Assembly: GCF_023055435.1 (NCBI RefSeq)
Contig: NW_025963802.1
Location: 16,182,001-16,246,000, forward strand
Source: Haliotis rufescens
Lineage: Eukaryota
Reading direction: 5' to 3'
Length of the DNA stretch: 64,000 nt
Shown here in pieces: positions 62,256 to 64,000 of this stretch. The stretch's first letter is position 1. Each line of letters starts with the position of its first letter. Made by a program: the position numbers and the translations under genes. The notes beneath the pieces are model-generated. The model made no database searches. It saw only the letters and a list, made by a program, of their open reading frames with translations, and was not told the origin of the DNA.

Positions 62256-62610
62256 ACAGTAATAGTCGGTAACAACAGTCTTGTGTTGTAGCTTGAAACA
62301 GCCGGTAACAACAGTGATGTGTTGTAGCTTGAAACAGTCGGTAACAACAGTCTTGTGTTGTAGCTTGAAACAGTAGGTAACAACAGTGCTGTGTTGTAGC
62401 TTGAAACAGTCGGTAACAACAGTGCTGTGTTGTAGCTTGAAACAGTCGGTAACAACAGTGCTGTGTTGTAGCTTAAAACAGTCGGTAACAACAGTGCTGT
62501 GTTGTAGTAGTAATAGTCGGGATTAACGGTGTAGTATTGTATTGGTAATAGTCGGGAACAACAGTGATGTGTCGTTACAGTATAAGTCGGTAACAACATT
62601 GTAGTATTGT
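62256..62610. repeat. 36-bp minisatellite (aacagtcggtaacaacagtgctgtgttgtagcttga)
   Basis: Direct periodicity. Runs into the gap. Confidence 0.92.
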
Positions 62611-63582
62611 GGTGGAAGCACCATTCGAAAGTATCATTGATGAATTCTAGGAGTAGCAGCAGTACTAATTGTAGTAGCAGAGAGTATTAGTACATGTACG
62701 ATTTGCCGATAAGCAGACAAACCGTAAAACCTTCAATAATAATCCTTTGTAGATCTGCCACTGTAGCAGTGGAAGATATAAAGATGCGAGTACAACACTC
62801 AGAACAAGCTACTCTGGTCGGTGAATCATCAATGAAATCTGCCTTCATCAAGTAGCCGATGCACTGTAGTAGCTGTTGTCGAACTACATCGTCGGAACAG
62901 TCGCTAGTCCTGCAGACGACGTGGCTGTTGTGGTTGTAACCTGAGTACCAGCAGCTAACACTGCAACAGTATCAACAATATCTGCTGTGCAGCTGTGCAG
63001 CTGTGCAGCAGCGGCAACAACGACAGAGGCCGACACAGTCATAACATCGCATATACATGCTATAGATCTAACAAGGTACATTACATCAAAAGCTTAGCGG
63101 AGGGCACAAATCGGAAGCTGCAATTTCTGCAAAATGTCGAGTTCCTGAAAGCAACTCGATATGCATTGTGGATCACTCAAGCGTGTCTAACGTCAACCAT
63201 TGACGACTGTCTTTGATCTGGCAACAAGGGAAACCTCTTCCCAAGGGAGGTAATTTCAAATGCCATCAGAGGCTGGTTTGTCTGAGGTTCACTCTCCTTG
63301 AGTTTATCGCCCACGAGAAATCGTTTTACACGTGCTCAATTTTACAGCATGACGATTTAATTTTTGCGTGTAACTAATTAAAGCCTTTGAATTACCAAAT
63401 TCCTTTCTTTTGTGTGAAAAACGCAGACTGGATGGGGCGAATATGTGTATAAAATTAATTCTACTTCGAAGGAAATACAAAAGGCAGTACTGAACAATTG
63501 CACGGATTTATTTATTTGTTGTCAATGACATTACATTTTAAAGTATTCGTTTTCCTGTGGGGACAGTGTAAAGGAAGACTGC

Positions 63583-64000
63583 AGTAACAATCGGGAACAA
63601 TAGTGTAGTAATGTATTAGTAATAGTCGGGAACAACGGTGTAGTATTGTAGCGGTTATAGTCGGGAACAACGGTGTAGTATTGTAGCAGTTATAGTCGGC
63701 AACAACGGTGTAGTATTGTATTAGTAATAGTCGGGAACAACGGTGTAGTATTGTATTAGTAATAGTCGGTAAACAACGGTGTAGTATTGTATTAGTAATA
63801 GTCGGGAACAATGGTGTAGTATTGTAGCAGTTATAGTCGGGTACAACGGTGTAGTATTGTATTAGTAATAGTCGGGAACAACGGTGTAGTATTGTATTAG
63901 TAATAGTCGGCAACAACGGTGTAGTATTGTAGCAGTTATAGTCGGGAACAACGGTGTAGTATTGTATTAGTAATAGTCGGCAACAACGGTGTAGTATTGT
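63583..64000. repeat. 35-bp minisatellite (gtaatagtcgggaacaacggtgtagtattgtatta), runs off the window end
   Basis: Direct periodicity. Confidence 0.95.

Overview
AT-rich, repeat-dense animal genomic DNA with two assembly gaps. The SINE types and (ACTC)n/(CAAA)n tails suggest a gastropod mollusc such as abalone; this is inference, not a database result. No intact protein-coding gene, rRNA, bona fide tRNA or CRISPR array can be supported, and the window reads as intronic or intergenic. Almost all long ORFs in the track are stop-free readings of minisatellites (23-, 44-, 30-, 36- and 35-bp units). Contents: (i) a 4.9-kb 37-bp satellite and a 2.8-kb G-rich 44-bp satellite, both with higher-order periods; (ii) four SINE-like families, three of which share one 3' tail; (iii) TA-flanked MITEs; (iv) decayed retroelement fragments (R4/Dong-like RLE end, Penelope-like RT, CR1/L2-like pieces); (v) about 10 copies of a ~170-bp non-coding repeat whose palindromic stem covaries between copies and which is 9:1 strand-biased. 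The best leads are that structured repeat (a candidate Penelope-like cis-RNA or ribozyme), the pseudoknot-like head of the non-tRNA SINE, a (TTAGGG)3 insert at the junction of a ~183-bp tandem duplication, and the inverted pair of G4-prone satellite arrays.
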